Source of the DNA: Gemmatimonadota bacterium
Lineage (GTDB): Bacteria > Latescibacterota > UBA2968 > UBA8231
Length of the DNA: 30,208 nt
Assembly: GCA_038153405.1 (NCBI GenBank)
Contig: JAYOYH010000052.1
Location: 1 to 30,208, forward strand
Direction of reading: 5' to 3'
How positions within the stretch are numbered: the stretch's first letter is position 1; each line of letters opens with the position of its first letter. The notes under the pieces were generated by a model that saw nothing but the letters and a program-made list of their open reading frames with translations, had not been told where the DNA came from and made no database searches. A program made the translations under genes and the position numbers. Positions 8,467-17,804 of the stretch are shown piece by piece.

Positions 8467-10701
8467 ATGGGTAAGTCACTGGTGGTCGTTGAATCGCCGG
8501 CCAAAGCTAAGACGATCAACAAGATATTGGGCGACGGATTTGTGGTAAAATCGTGCATGGGACACGTGCGCGATTTGCCGCCCAAGGAGCTGGGCATCGA
8601 CGTTGAGAACGATTTTAAACCGCGCTATATAACTATTCGCGGCAAGGGTAAAGTGCTTGCGGAATTGCGCAAGGCCGCTCAGAATGCCGATGCGATCTAT
8701 CTGGCAACGGACCCCGATCGCGAGGGAGAGGCCATCGCCTGGCACGTCGCCCACTCGATTGCGCGCAAGGACGCCGATATAAAGCGCATCCTATTTAACG
8801 AGATCACTCCCAAAGCCGTGCGCGAATCCATCCAGACCTCGGGCACGTTGGACCTGGAGAAAATCGACGCACAGCAGGCGCGTCGCGTGCTCGATCGCCT
8901 CGTAGGCTACGAAATTAGTCCGCTGCTGTGGAAGGTCATTCACTCAGGCCTTTCGGCTGGGCGCGTGCAGTCGGTAGCCCTGCGCATTATCTGTGAGCGC
9001 GACAGCGAAATTCTCGCCTTTGAACCGCAGGAGTACTGGTCGATCGAAGCGCTGGTTGGCCGCGAGGGCACCACGCCGTTTAAAGCAAAGCTACACTTGA
9101 AAGAGGGTGAGAAGCCGGAAATTGCCAGCGCGGAAGTGGCCCATCAGATTGTTGACGAGCTGCGCCAACAGCGCTTTGTCGTCGGCGAGGTGAAGAAGCG
9201 CGATCAGTCGCGCCGCCCGTCGCCCCCCTTTACTACCAGCACGTTGCAGCAGGAATGCGCGCGCCGCCTGCGCTTTTCCGTCAAGCGCACTATGGCTGTT
9301 GCACAGCAGCTCTATGAAGGCATAGAGGTCGAAGGCGAAACGCGCGGTCTGATAACCTATATGCGCACCGACTCCGTCCGCGTATCCGACGAGGCCATTG
9401 CCGAGGTGCGCGAGCAGATCGGCCAGATGCACGGCGTTGACTACATACCCGAAGTGCCCAACGCCTACAAGACGAAGAGCAGTGCGCAAGACGCCCACGA
9501 GGCGATTCGCCCGACCTCTGTAGCCCTCCATCCGGACAAGATCAAACACCTCCTGTCGCAAGATCAGGCCCGCGTTTACGAGCTCATTTGGAAGCGCTTT
9601 GTCGCATCGCAGATGAAGCCGCAGATATTGAGCATCACCACGGTCAATGTCGACGCCGGTCCCTACGTGCTGCGCGCCACGGGCAATATCGTCAAATTCG
9701 ACGGATTTACCGTGCTGTACAGCGAGAGCAAGGACGAAGAGGAAGAGGATGGAGTCGGTGCCGTGCCCGACGACATTGCCGCAGAACAGGTGCTAGCGCT
9801 GAACGAGCTGCTGCCTGAGCAGCACTTTACCAAACCGCCGCCGCGCTACACGGAGGCTTCGTTGGTCAAAGAGCTGGAGGCGCAAGGCATTGGTCGACCC
9901 TCTACCTATGCGCAAATCATTACGACCATTCAGGATCGCGAATACGTCGAGAAGGTGGACAACCGCTACTTTCTGGCCACCGAGCGCGGGCACACGGTGA
10001 ACAAGCTGTTGGTCGAGACGTTTCCGCACATCTTCAACGTGCGCTTCACTGCCGATATGGAAGACAAGCTCGACCGGATCGAAGAGGGGCACGACAATTG
10101 GGTCGACACGGTGCGCCAGTTTTATTCGTCCTGGAAAGACGACTTAAAGGATGCCAACGAGCGGCGCAAAGAGCTCAAGCAGTCGCTGCAGGAAGAATCC
10201 GATATCGAATGCGAAGAGTGCGCTCGCATGATGGTCATTAAATGGGGCCGCAACGGCCGCTTCTTGGCCTGCCCTGGCTATCCCGAGTGCAAGAACACCA
10301 AGCCCTTGGAAGAGCAGGAACAGGTCGACACCGACGAGGTCTGCGACCAGTGTCAGTCGCCCATGGTGGTCAAGACGGGTCGCTATGGTCGCTTCCTCGC
10401 CTGCTCTTCGTATCCGGACTGTCGCAACGTAAAGCCCTTTTATCTGGGCATTCCCTGTCCAGAAGACGATTGCGGTGGCAAATTGGTCGAAAAACAGTCG
10501 CGCAAAGGCAAGGTGTTCTACGGCTGCGACCAGTATCCCTCCTGTAAATTCGCCAGCTGGGAAAAGCCCATCGCCCAGGCCTGCGAACACTGCGGAGCGG
10601 GCCTGCTCTACGAAAAGAGCAGTCGCGGCGGTTCATCTTCGCTGTACTGCAAGGTTTGCGGCACCCAGCGCGAAGAGGGCGAGAGCGCGCAGGCCGCCTG
10701 A
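8467..10701 (+). CDS. topA: DNA topoisomerase I with C-terminal C4 zinc-ribbon repeats
   Basis: LVVVESPAKAKTI, ATDPDREGEAI, SAGRVQS, GLITYMRTDS, GIGRPSTYA; four C-terminal Cys clusters. Confidence 0.97.
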   Translation: MGKSLVVVESPAKAKTINKILGDGFVVKSCMGHVRDLPPKELGIDVENDFKPRYITIRGKGKVLAELRKAAQNADAIYLATDPDREGEAIAWHVAHSIARKDADIKRILFNEITPKAVRESIQTSGTLDLEKIDAQQARRVLDRLVGYEISPLLWKVIHSGLSAGRVQSVALRIICERDSEILAFEPQEYWSIEALVGREGTTPFKAKLHLKEGEKPEIASAEVAHQIVDELRQQRFVVGEVKKRDQSRRPSPPFTTSTLQQECARRLRFSVKRTMAVAQQLYEGIEVEGETRGLITYMRTDSVRVSDEAIAEVREQIGQMHGVDYIPEVPNAYKTKSSAQDAHEAIRPTSVALHPDKIKHLLSQDQARVYELIWKRFVASQMKPQILSITTVNVDAGPYVLRATGNIVKFDGFTVLYSESKDEEEEDGVGAVPDDIAAEQVLALNELLPEQHFTKPPPRYTEASLVKELEAQGIGRPSTYAQIITTIQDREYVEKVDNRYFLATERGHTVNKLLVETFPHIFNVRFTADMEDKLDRIEEGHDNWVDTVRQFYSSWKDDLKDANERRKELKQSLQEESDIECEECARMMVIKWGRNGRFLACPGYPECKNTKPLEEQEQVDTDEVCDQCQSPMVVKTGRYGRFLACSSYPDCRNVKPFYLGIPCPEDDCGGKLVEKQSRKGKVFYGCDQYPSCKFASWEKPIAQACEHCGAGLLYEKSSRGGSSSLYCKVCGTQREEGESAQAA

Positions 10702-10734
10702 GTGTTGTCGCTCCGCGCCTTATAGCCGCGTACT

Positions 10735-11676
10735 ATGCCCGCTGCTCTGCACAGGGATTCCGGTATCGAGAATGCGATCGGCCACTTCCTCAAGTACCTG
10801 CAGGTCGAGCGCAACTACGCTCCCTACACGCTAGAATCCTACCGCTGTGACCTTCGTCAATTTGCCCGCTTTCTCTATCCGCGCATAGCCGACTCAGCGC
10901 TGCCCATCCGCGTGGTCGAGCGCGCGACTGTGCGCGAGTTTGTCGAGGATCTACACCTGCGCGGCATGAAGAACAGCACCGTGGCGCGCAAGCTTACGGC
11001 GCTGCGTTCGTTTTTCCGCTTTCTATGCCGCCAGGGTGTGCTGGCAGCCAATCCTGCCCACGGGGTTGCCGCCCCCGTGGTCGAAGTGCGGCCGCGGCCA
11101 CAGCTGCCATTGGAAAAAATCGAAGAGGCGATCGAACTGCCAGAAATTCAGACATTCAGCGGCGCGCGCGATCGCGCCATCCTTGAGGTCTTCTACGGTG
11201 GTGGCGTGCGCTTGGGCGAATTGGTCGAGTTAAATCTGAGTGCCCTCGACCTAGAAGAGGGCTTGCTGCGCCTATTAAACAAGGGGCGCAAAGAGCGCAT
11301 TGTGCCCATCGGCAGTTTGGCCCTTGGTGCGCTCAAGACCTATATCCAGCGCCGTGCCGAAGTGCTGATCGAGCTCGACATCAAGCTCGTAGAAGCGGGT
11401 GCGCTCTTTCTCAACGGGCGCGGTCGCCGTCTGAGTCGCCGCTCCGTGCAGCGCGTAGTGCAGCGCTATTTGCACCGCGTCGTCGACGGCCAATCCCTCA
11501 GTCCTCACCTGCTGCGCCACAGCTTTGCCGCTCATCTATTGCACGCCGGTGCCGACCTGGCTTCCGTAAGGGAAATGCTCGGCCATGCGACCGTCGTATC
11601 GACGCAGGCCTATGCCGAGCCGACGCTCGAGCGCCTGCAGCATATTTACGCGCAGGCGCACCCGCGCAGCGAATAG
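10735..11676 (+). CDS. xerC: Tyrosine recombinase XerC-like
   Basis: SAM-like N-domain (FLKYLQVERNY..T..SY..DL), RDRAILEVFYGGGVRLGE, KGRKER, SPHLLRHSFA, LGHA...TQAY, AHPR end; between topA and hslVU. Confidence 0.85.
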   Translation: MPAALHRDSGIENAIGHFLKYLQVERNYAPYTLESYRCDLRQFARFLYPRIADSALPIRVVERATVREFVEDLHLRGMKNSTVARKLTALRSFFRFLCRQGVLAANPAHGVAAPVVEVRPRPQLPLEKIEEAIELPEIQTFSGARDRAILEVFYGGGVRLGELVELNLSALDLEEGLLRLLNKGRKERIVPIGSLALGALKTYIQRRAEVLIELDIKLVEAGALFLNGRGRRLSRRSVQRVVQRYLHRVVDGQSLSPHLLRHSFAAHLLHAGADLASVREMLGHATVVSTQAYAEPTLERLQHIYAQAHPRSE

Positions 11677-11687
11677 AGGGGAGAGCG

Positions 11688-12218
11688 ATGAAGCGGCATG
11701 CTACGACTGTGCTGGGCGTGCGCCTCGGCAATAAGGCGGTGATGGGCAGCGATGGCCAGGTTACCATGGGCGATATCGCCCTCAAACACCGCACCTGCAA
11801 GGTGCGCAAGCTCTACGGCGGCTCGGTATTGGTGGGCTTTTCCGGTGCGACGGCCGACGCGCTGGCCTTGCTCGACCAGTTGGAGGGCCACTTGGAGCAG
11901 TTTAATGGCAATCTCGAGCGCGCAGCCCATGAGCTTTCGCGCGACTGGCGCACGGATCGCTACTTGCGTCGCTTGGAGGCCATGATCATCGCCATGGACG
12001 CTTCGCGCTCGCTGTTGATTTCGGGCGAGGGCGATCTGCTGGCACCGGATGACGAAGTGTTGGCCGTGGGTTCGGGTGCGCCATTTGCCTTAGCTGCTGC
12101 GCGCGCTTACGTCGATGGCTCGCGGTTGGGCGCGCGGCAAATCGTGCAGCGCTCGCTGGAGATCGCCGCTGAAATATGCGTGTATACCAACGCCGAGATC
12201 AGCTTGGTAGAGCTGTGA
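11688..12218 (+). CDS. hslV: ATP-dependent protease peptidase subunit HslV
   Basis: MKRHA|TTV with Thr1 nucleophile, DGQVTMG, Lys33 retained, WRTDRYLRRLEA, GSG, ICVYTN. Confidence 0.95.
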   Translation: MKRHATTVLGVRLGNKAVMGSDGQVTMGDIALKHRTCKVRKLYGGSVLVGFSGATADALALLDQLEGHLEQFNGNLERAAHELSRDWRTDRYLRRLEAMIIAMDASRSLLISGEGDLLAPDDEVLAVGSGAPFALAAARAYVDGSRLGARQIVQRSLEIAAEICVYTNAEISLVEL

Positions 12219-13507
12219 TGCGCCCGCTGACGCCTCGCCAGATTGTCGCCGAATTAGATCGGTATATCATTGGTCAAAAGAGCGCGAAACGCGCTGTGGC
12301 CATCGCCCTGCGCAACCGCTGGCGTCGCACCCAGGTCGCCGAGCCGCAGCGCCGCGAAATTGTGCCCAACAATATTCTCATGGTTGGGCCGACTGGCGTG
12401 GGCAAGACCGAAATTGCGCGCCGTTTGGCCGAACTGTGTGCGGCACCCTTCGTCAAGGTGGAAGCATCGAAGTTCACCGAAGTGGGCTATGTCGGGCGCG
12501 ACGTAGAAAGCATCGTGCGCGACCTAGTCGATCAGAGCGTGCACATGGTGCGTCAGCAGCGCTCAGAGCTGGTGCAAAAGGAGGCACAGCGCCGTGCCGA
12601 GACGCGCCTGTTGGACCTGTTGGTCGCCGATGGCTTGCGCAGGGTCGTGCGGCAACAGCTGCGCCGGGGCGAATTAGATGATAAAATCGTCGAAGTGGAA
12701 AACCGCGAGGGCCCGCCCGTAGTTGAAGTGTTCGGTCCAATGGCTAGCGAAGAAGTCAACCGCAGCCTGCAGGATGCTCTGGCTGGCTTGGCTGGCCCAG
12801 AAGGTCGACGGCGCAGCGTCGCGGTGCGCGAGGCGCGGCGACAATTTGTACAGGAAGAGACGGAGTTGCTCATCGATATGGCCGAAGTCGTCGATGAGGC
12901 CATCGAATGCGCCGAGACGCTGGGCATTGTATTCGTCGACGAGATCGATAAAATTGCCAGCGGCGAAATGGGGCGCGGGGGCACAGAAGTTTCGCGCGAG
13001 GGCGTGCAGCGCGACCTGCTGCCCATCGTGGAAGGAGCCGCTGTATCCACGCGCTACGGCACGGTGCGCACGGACCACGTGCTCTTTATCGCGGCCGGCG
13101 CCTTTCACTCCGTGCGCCCCTCCGAACTCGTGCCGGAGCTACAAGGGCGCTTCCCCATTCGCGTCGAGTTGGATGCACTTGGCCAGGAAGAACTGTGCCG
13201 CATTCTCACCGAGCCGCGCAGTGCCCTCGTAGGGCAGTACACGGCCCTGCTCGCCGTAGAAGGCGTATCGCTGCGCTTTGCCCCCGATGCTGTTGCCGAG
13301 ATCGCCCGCTATGCGCACGAGGCTAATTTATCCAGCGAAAATATCGGTGCCCGTCGTCTGCGCGCCGTGATGTCGGCCTTGCTCGACGAAGTGCTCTTCG
13401 ACGCGCCGGCCGTCGCCAAAAAAAGAATCTACATCAATCGCCGCTACGTGCGCGATAAGCTCGGGGACTATCTCGAAGGGGAAGACCTGAGCCGCTACGT
13501 CCTCTGA
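12218..13507 (+). CDS. hslU: ATP-dependent protease ATPase subunit HslU
   Basis: ATG at 12218 overlaps the hslV TGA. LTPRQIVAELDRYIIGQ, GPTGVGKTE, TEVGYVG, FVDEIDK, ELQGRFPIRVEL, ENIGARRL, DLSRYVL. Confidence 0.96.
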   Translation: MRPLTPRQIVAELDRYIIGQKSAKRAVAIALRNRWRRTQVAEPQRREIVPNNILMVGPTGVGKTEIARRLAELCAAPFVKVEASKFTEVGYVGRDVESIVRDLVDQSVHMVRQQRSELVQKEAQRRAETRLLDLLVADGLRRVVRQQLRRGELDDKIVEVENREGPPVVEVFGPMASEEVNRSLQDALAGLAGPEGRRRSVAVREARRQFVQEETELLIDMAEVVDEAIECAETLGIVFVDEIDKIASGEMGRGGTEVSREGVQRDLLPIVEGAAVSTRYGTVRTDHVLFIAAGAFHSVRPSELVPELQGRFPIRVELDALGQEELCRILTEPRSALVGQYTALLAVEGVSLRFAPDAVAEIARYAHEANLSSENIGARRLRAVMSALLDEVLFDAPAVAKKRIYINRRYVRDKLGDYLEGEDLSRYVL

Positions 13508-15075
13508 TGCGCATACTGCTTTTTCCTCTCTTCTGCCTGTGCTGTGCGTGCGCCAAAGTGGGGCCGCCGCAGGGCGGACCGGTAGACGACAGAGCCCCCC
13601 GCATTCTTTCCCATAGCCCATCTATAGACCAGCTAAGCGTTCCGCTGGACAGCGCGGTGGAAATTGTCTTTAGCGAAGCGATGGATCGCCAGCGCACGCA
13701 AGAAGCGATATTCGTTTCGCCGGGCGATCCACTTGGCTTTAGCTGGCGCGGCACTGCGCTGCGCATCGAACTGGCCCTGCGCGCCGAGCGCACCTACGTC
13801 GTTACGGTGGGTACGGCTGCGCGCGATCTGCGCGGCAATGCGCTGAAGCAGTCTTTTTCCCTGGCCTTTGCTACCGGCGAACGCCTCAATGGAGGGCGGC
13901 TGCAAGGCCGGGTGTACCGGGAGCACGAGCCGGTGCGCAGCGCGCATGTCTGGGCCTATGACTTGGCCGAAGTCAGCGAGCCGCTCGGCCGCGTCGATCC
14001 GGCCTATCAGACGCAGAGCGGGGCCGATGGCCAATACGAATTTTTGCGTTTGGCGCCGGGCGTTTACCGCTTACTTTCCTTTATCGACGACGACAAAGAC
14101 GAGTATCCGTCTAGCGACGAATGGGTAGGTCTACCCGCGCGCGATGTCGTTGTCGAGGACTCGCTGGCCCGATCTGGCGATCTGGTCTTGGTCCAGCGGC
14201 AGCGCGGCGACGTAGCGCTAGAGCGCATACAGGCTCTGCACGCCCGCATGCTGCTGCTGCTCTTTTCCGCTCCGGTCGATATCCGTGTGATGGAATTGCG
14301 GATAGATGGTTTAGCGGTCGAATCGCTGCGCGCGGGCGATGACGGGCGCCGGGTATACGCGGTTACGGCCGAGCAGGAAGGGGGGCGGCGCTATGAAGTA
14401 GAGCGCATTGCGCTGGGCGATCAACGCATCAAGTGGTCGGAGCCACTGCGCGGTAGCGGTCGCCGCGACACCAAACCACCGCAGTGGCTCGGTCTGTCAT
14501 CATCTACGCTTATGCCGCACGAGCCGCTGCGCGCGATGTTTAGCGAGGACATGGAAGCCGATTTAAGTCAGGTCATTTGGATCGAGAGCGATTCGACCCG
14601 CGCACCGCGGGGGACCTGGCGTTGGGTTTCGCCAGTGCAGGCCGAGTTTGTGCCCGAGGTGCCGTGGGAGAGCGGCGCATGGGAGTTGGCCATGTCGGGT
14701 GCCGTCTGGAAAGATCGAGCGGGTCTGGCCCTTGGGGACAGTGTATTAGCGCTATCCTTTTCCGTGGCAGAGGGCCGTGCCGCACTGAGCGGACGCGTCG
14801 TCGGCAATGAGGGTGTGGGGGAAGTGCGCCTGCACCAGCAGCAAGGAGAGCGCCGCTATGCCACGCGCTGCGATGCACAGGGGCGCTTTGCATTTGACGG
14901 CTTACCTGACGGGGCGTATCAACTGTGGGCCTTTGGCGACGAAGACGGCGATGGGCAGTGGAGCGCCGGTTCGCTCGTGCCCTTTGCGCGACCTGAGCCG
15001 TTAGTGCACTACGGCGAATCCATTAAACTGTCAGCAGAAGACGCCGTAGAAGGTATTGAATTGGAGTTTCGCTAA
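13507..15075 (+). CDS. Ig-like domain lipoprotein (Big_5-like, Bacteroidota-type)
   Basis: Short signal ending in CCAC, then AKVGPPQGGPVDDRAP; two Ig-like/prealbumin-like units (IVFSEAMD...DLRGN; MFSEDME...DRAG; DDDKD and DEDGDG loops). TGATG overlap with hslU. Confidence 0.75.
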   Translation: MRILLFPLFCLCCACAKVGPPQGGPVDDRAPRILSHSPSIDQLSVPLDSAVEIVFSEAMDRQRTQEAIFVSPGDPLGFSWRGTALRIELALRAERTYVVTVGTAARDLRGNALKQSFSLAFATGERLNGGRLQGRVYREHEPVRSAHVWAYDLAEVSEPLGRVDPAYQTQSGADGQYEFLRLAPGVYRLLSFIDDDKDEYPSSDEWVGLPARDVVVEDSLARSGDLVLVQRQRGDVALERIQALHARMLLLLFSAPVDIRVMELRIDGLAVESLRAGDDGRRVYAVTAEQEGGRRYEVERIALGDQRIKWSEPLRGSGRRDTKPPQWLGLSSSTLMPHEPLRAMFSEDMEADLSQVIWIESDSTRAPRGTWRWVSPVQAEFVPEVPWESGAWELAMSGAVWKDRAGLALGDSVLALSFSVAEGRAALSGRVVGNEGVGEVRLHQQQGERRYATRCDAQGRFAFDGLPDGAYQLWAFGDEDGDGQWSAGSLVPFARPEPLVHYGESIKLSAEDAVEGIELEFR

Positions 15076-15444
15076 ATGCTATCAAAGCGCGTTTTCTTAT
15101 ATGGTGAACTGCTGGCCATCGCTGCATTGCTGGGCACTGTGGGCGTGCAGCACTTTTCGCAAATCACCGCTGAGCAGGCGCGCTCCATTGCGCTGGAGAC
15201 GGGGCTGGAGCAGCTCTATGTGCTGGAGAAGGCTCACTACGAGGCGCACGGTCGCTACTTTGATCCCACCGACCCGGACCAAGGGCTGGACTGGCCGTGG
15301 ATGCGCGACTACGAGTGGGAGGTGCGGGTTGGCCCCGAGACGTTCTGGCTTGTCGTGCGCGCCGATCTGGACGGCGACGGGCGCACGGGTGCTTGGGTGG
15401 TCGACCAGCAGGGGCCACAGATGCGCAATTTGATGGACGACTAG
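15076..15444 (+). CDS. Small type IV pilin-like membrane protein
   Basis: KRV-FLYGELLAIAALLG resembles an N-methylation helix (Phe+1, Glu+5); LEQLYVLEKAHYEAHGRY and ADLDGDG..W.VD resemble pilin head motifs. ATG directly follows the upstream TAA. Confidence 0.55.
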   Translation: MLSKRVFLYGELLAIAALLGTVGVQHFSQITAEQARSIALETGLEQLYVLEKAHYEAHGRYFDPTDPDQGLDWPWMRDYEWEVRVGPETFWLVVRADLDGDGRTGAWVVDQQGPQMRNLMDD

Positions 15445-15448
15445 TCTT

Positions 15449-16267
15449 CTATGGTTGTTCGACGGCCGGGTAGGGCGTCAGCTGGCAGAGCCGTTGAGCA
15501 TGGGCGCTAATGGTCTTTAGCGCGTCGCTTTCTATGGTCCCAACGCATTCCACATAACAGCGGTAGGCCCAGGGGGCGTCGTGCAGCTTGCGCGTTTCGA
15601 CCTTGCTCACGCTGTGATCGGCCAGAGCGGCCAGCAGTGGTACGAGATTATGCGCGCAGTCGTTCAGATCGACGATCAACGTGCTTTTGAGCGGAGCGGT
15701 CGAGGTGGTTGGCTGCAGCCGGTGTGCAATGACGAGAAAGCGCGTGTAGTTGCGCGGGTTCGTCTGAATGTTTTCTTCGAGGATATCCATTCCATATAGC
15801 TCGGCCGCGGCGGCTGGTGCGATGGCCGCTTCGCTCGGATTGCCGCGCTCCTTGACGAGTGCAACGGCCCCGGCCGTGTCGTATTCTTCCACCGCTTCAA
15901 TGCCCCGCCGCTGCAGATAGACCGCGCACTGCGCTAGGGCTTGGGCGTGCGATGCGGCGCGCTGGATGTTGGTTGCATGGCTGCCGGGATGGCCGATGAG
16001 AAAGTGCTTTACGTGGAAGTAGCGTTCGCCGACGACGGCTGGGGCATGCTGTGCCAGTAGGTCCCACACCGCGTGTATGCTGCCGGCCAGCGAATTTTCG
16101 ACTGGGGCCATGCCGTAGTCGGCTCGTCCCTGATTGACTGCGGCAAAGAGTTCGGTGAAATCGGTGCAGGTGCACAGGTCGATATCGTCGCCAAACTGGA
16201 CGGTGGCGGCCTGTGCGCTGTTGGAGCCGAGTTCTCCTTGGATGGCGATCGTCGTGCGCGCGCTCAG
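15449..16267 (-). CDS. pheA: Prephenate dehydratase (monofunctional, degenerate ACT domain)
   Basis: [42 protein letters not shown]. Likely start is CTG at 16267 overlapping the thyA TGA, with GGAG 8 nt upstream. Confidence 0.88.
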   Translation of the reverse strand: MSARTTIAIQGELGSNSAQAATVQFGDDIDLCTCTDFTELFAAVNQGRADYGMAPVENSLAGSIHAVWDLLAQHAPAVVGERYFHVKHFLIGHPGSHATNIQRAASHAQALAQCAVYLQRRGIEAVEEYDTAGAVALVKERGNPSEAAIAPAAAAELYGMDILEENIQTNPRNYTRFLVIAHRLQPTTSTAPLKSTLIVDLNDCAHNLVPLLAALADHSVSKVETRKLHDAPWAYRCYVECVGTIESDALKTISAHAQRLCQLTPYPAVEQP

Positions 16268-17058
16268 ACGGCAATCTCCATTTTCAGGGCGGGATGGGGA
16301 TCGTAATTGAGCAGAGCAAAGTCGTCGTAGCGAAAGTGAAATATGTTCTGACCGCGGTCTTTGATCTGCATGTTCGGCAGAGGGCGCGGTGTGCGCTCCA
16401 ACTGCTCGCGCAGCGCTTCGACGTGATTGGCATAGATGTGTACGTCGCCGCCGGTCCACACAAACTCGCCGGGCTGTAGGCCGCACACCTGGGCCATCAT
16501 CATGGTCAGCAGGGCGTAGCTGGCAATATTAAACGGCACGCCGAGCCCAACGTCGCAGGAGCGCTGGTATAGCTGACAGGACAGGCGGCCGCCGGCTACG
16601 AAAAATTGAAACATGCAGTGGCAGGGCGTCAGCGCCATCTGCTCGAGTTCGCCGACATTCCAGGCGTTGACGATGATGCGGCGCGAGTCGGGATCGTTCT
16701 TTATCAGGTCGACGGCGCGTTGGATCTGGTCGATGGCTTGGCCGTCGGGTCTGGCCCAGGCGCGCCACTGTTTGCCGTAGACAGGCCCCAATTCGCCGTT
16801 TGCGTCGGCCCACTCGTCCCAGATCGTCACGTTCTTTTCCTGCAGCCAGCCGACGTTGGTATCGCCCTTTAAAAACCACTGCAATTCGCGAATAACGGAG
16901 CCGATCCGCACTTCCTTAGTCGTTAGACAGGGGAAGCCATCGGCTAGGTCGAAGCGCATCTGGTAGCCAAAGGTGGCCAACGTGCCGACGCCGGTGCGGT
17001 CGCCCTTTTCGTAGCCGTTGTCGAGGACGTGGCGAACTAGGTCCAGATACTGCTGCAT
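16264..17058 (-). CDS. thyA: Thymidylate synthase
   Basis: [62 protein letters not shown]. Confidence 0.98.
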   Translation of the reverse strand: MQQYLDLVRHVLDNGYEKGDRTGVGTLATFGYQMRFDLADGFPCLTTKEVRIGSVIRELQWFLKGDTNVGWLQEKNVTIWDEWADANGELGPVYGKQWRAWARPDGQAIDQIQRAVDLIKNDPDSRRIIVNAWNVGELEQMALTPCHCMFQFFVAGGRLSCQLYQRSCDVGLGVPFNIASYALLTMMMAQVCGLQPGEFVWTGGDVHIYANHVEALREQLERTPRPLPNMQIKDRGQNIFHFRYDDFALLNYDPHPALKMEIAV

Positions 17059-17145
17059 AATGCGTAGTCCTCCTGCTGGGGTTCGGGTAAATATAAGTCA
17101 TAGATCGCGTATGAGAAATTGAGATTCCTGACCTGCTGGGCTGGG

Positions 17146-17174
17146 TTGACAGGAGTAATATGGCTTCCTATTTT
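17146..17174 (+). promoter_or_regulatory. Putative sigma70 promoter for tRNA-Cys/tRNA-Leu
   Basis: TTGACA (17146-17151), 17-bp spacer, TATTTT (17169-17174). Confidence 0.6.
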
Positions 17175-17202
17175 CACTTTCCTCTTGGTATACAAATCGA
17201 GA

Positions 17203-17277
17203 GGCGGCGTGGCCAAGTGGTAAGGCAGGGGCCTGCAAAGCCCTTATTCCCCGGTTCGATTCCGGGCGCCGCCTCCA
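17203..17277 (+). tRNA. tRNA-Cys (GCA)
   Basis: GGCGGCG/CGCCGCC acceptor stem, U discriminator, encoded CCA, anticodon loop CTGCAAA, T-loop GTTCGATTC. Confidence 0.97.
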
Positions 17278-17292
17278 TTTTTATATCTGGCT

Positions 17293-17379
17293 GCCGGGGT
17301 GGCGGAATTGGTAGACGCGACGGACTTAAAATCCGTTGACCGCAAGGTCGTACCGGTTCAAGTCCGGTCCTCGGTACCA
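17293..17379 (+). tRNA. tRNA-Leu (TAA)
   Basis: GCCGGGG/CCTCGGT acceptor stem, D-arm GGCGGAATTGGTAGACGC, anticodon loop CTTAAAA, long variable arm, GTTCAAGTC, ACCA end. Confidence 0.97.
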
Positions 17380-17385
17380 GATAAT

Positions 17386-17435
17386 AAACAGGGACTTAGG
17401 CCAATCTGGGGAGAATTGGACTGAGTCCTTGTTTT
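17386..17435 (+). terminator. Long hairpin right after tRNA-Leu (terminator and/or att-associated inverted repeat)
   Basis: AAACAGGGACTTAGGCCAAT pairs with ATTGGACTGAGTCCTTGTTT: 20-bp stem with one mismatch and two G-U pairs, 9-nt loop. Confidence 0.7.
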
Positions 17436-17565
17436 CGTTCTGAGAAGGGGCTGGTGACAAAATTGGGACAAAGTTTTTTTTTGAACTAATATAAACAACC
17501 ATTTCTTTTGATTTTTTGGCCGTGCCCTTTTTGGGGTATGGCGTTTTCGTTTTTAGTTGAATGCT

Positions 17566-17653
17566 ATGAGCACCCTTGAAATTATCCGCGTAGGGCTTGT
17601 CTGTGCCGCAGAGATCCAGAAAAAATCCCATCACCCCCCATGCCCTACGGTAT
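17566..17653 (+). pseudogene. Tyrosine recombinase/integrase fragment (HxLR box), frameshifted
   Basis: Reads ...CAAEIQKK, one extra base, then PITPHALRY; resembles the AAGIxKxITPHxLRH box of Xer/phage integrases. About 190 bp after tRNA-Leu. Confidence 0.5.
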
Positions 17654-17804
17654 CTCGCTAAACTAGTGAAAAGTGATCGGGAGAAGTTTTTTGGTCTCTT
17701 ACCAAAAACGGTGCAAATCTATGCATTCTGGTCACTACCAACGCCTTTCCGAAGTCGCTTAAGCACTGCTTGCCTTACCTTATGAGTTCCCTATTTTATC
17801 GCCC

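Noticed and set aside
10735..11676. XerC-like gene as the island integrase
   Set aside because: It sits in the topA-hslVU housekeeping operon, ends in the XerC/D-type AHPR motif, and is about 5.6 kb from the tRNA on the core side.
16268..16486. 73-residue N-terminal extension of PheA in the ORF track
   Set aside because: Overlaps thyA in another frame and does not resemble chorismate mutase; the CTG start is more parsimonious.
17326..17634. 102-aa minus-strand ORF after the tRNAs
   Set aside because: Runs antisense into tRNA-Leu and through the hairpin; no recognizable domain.
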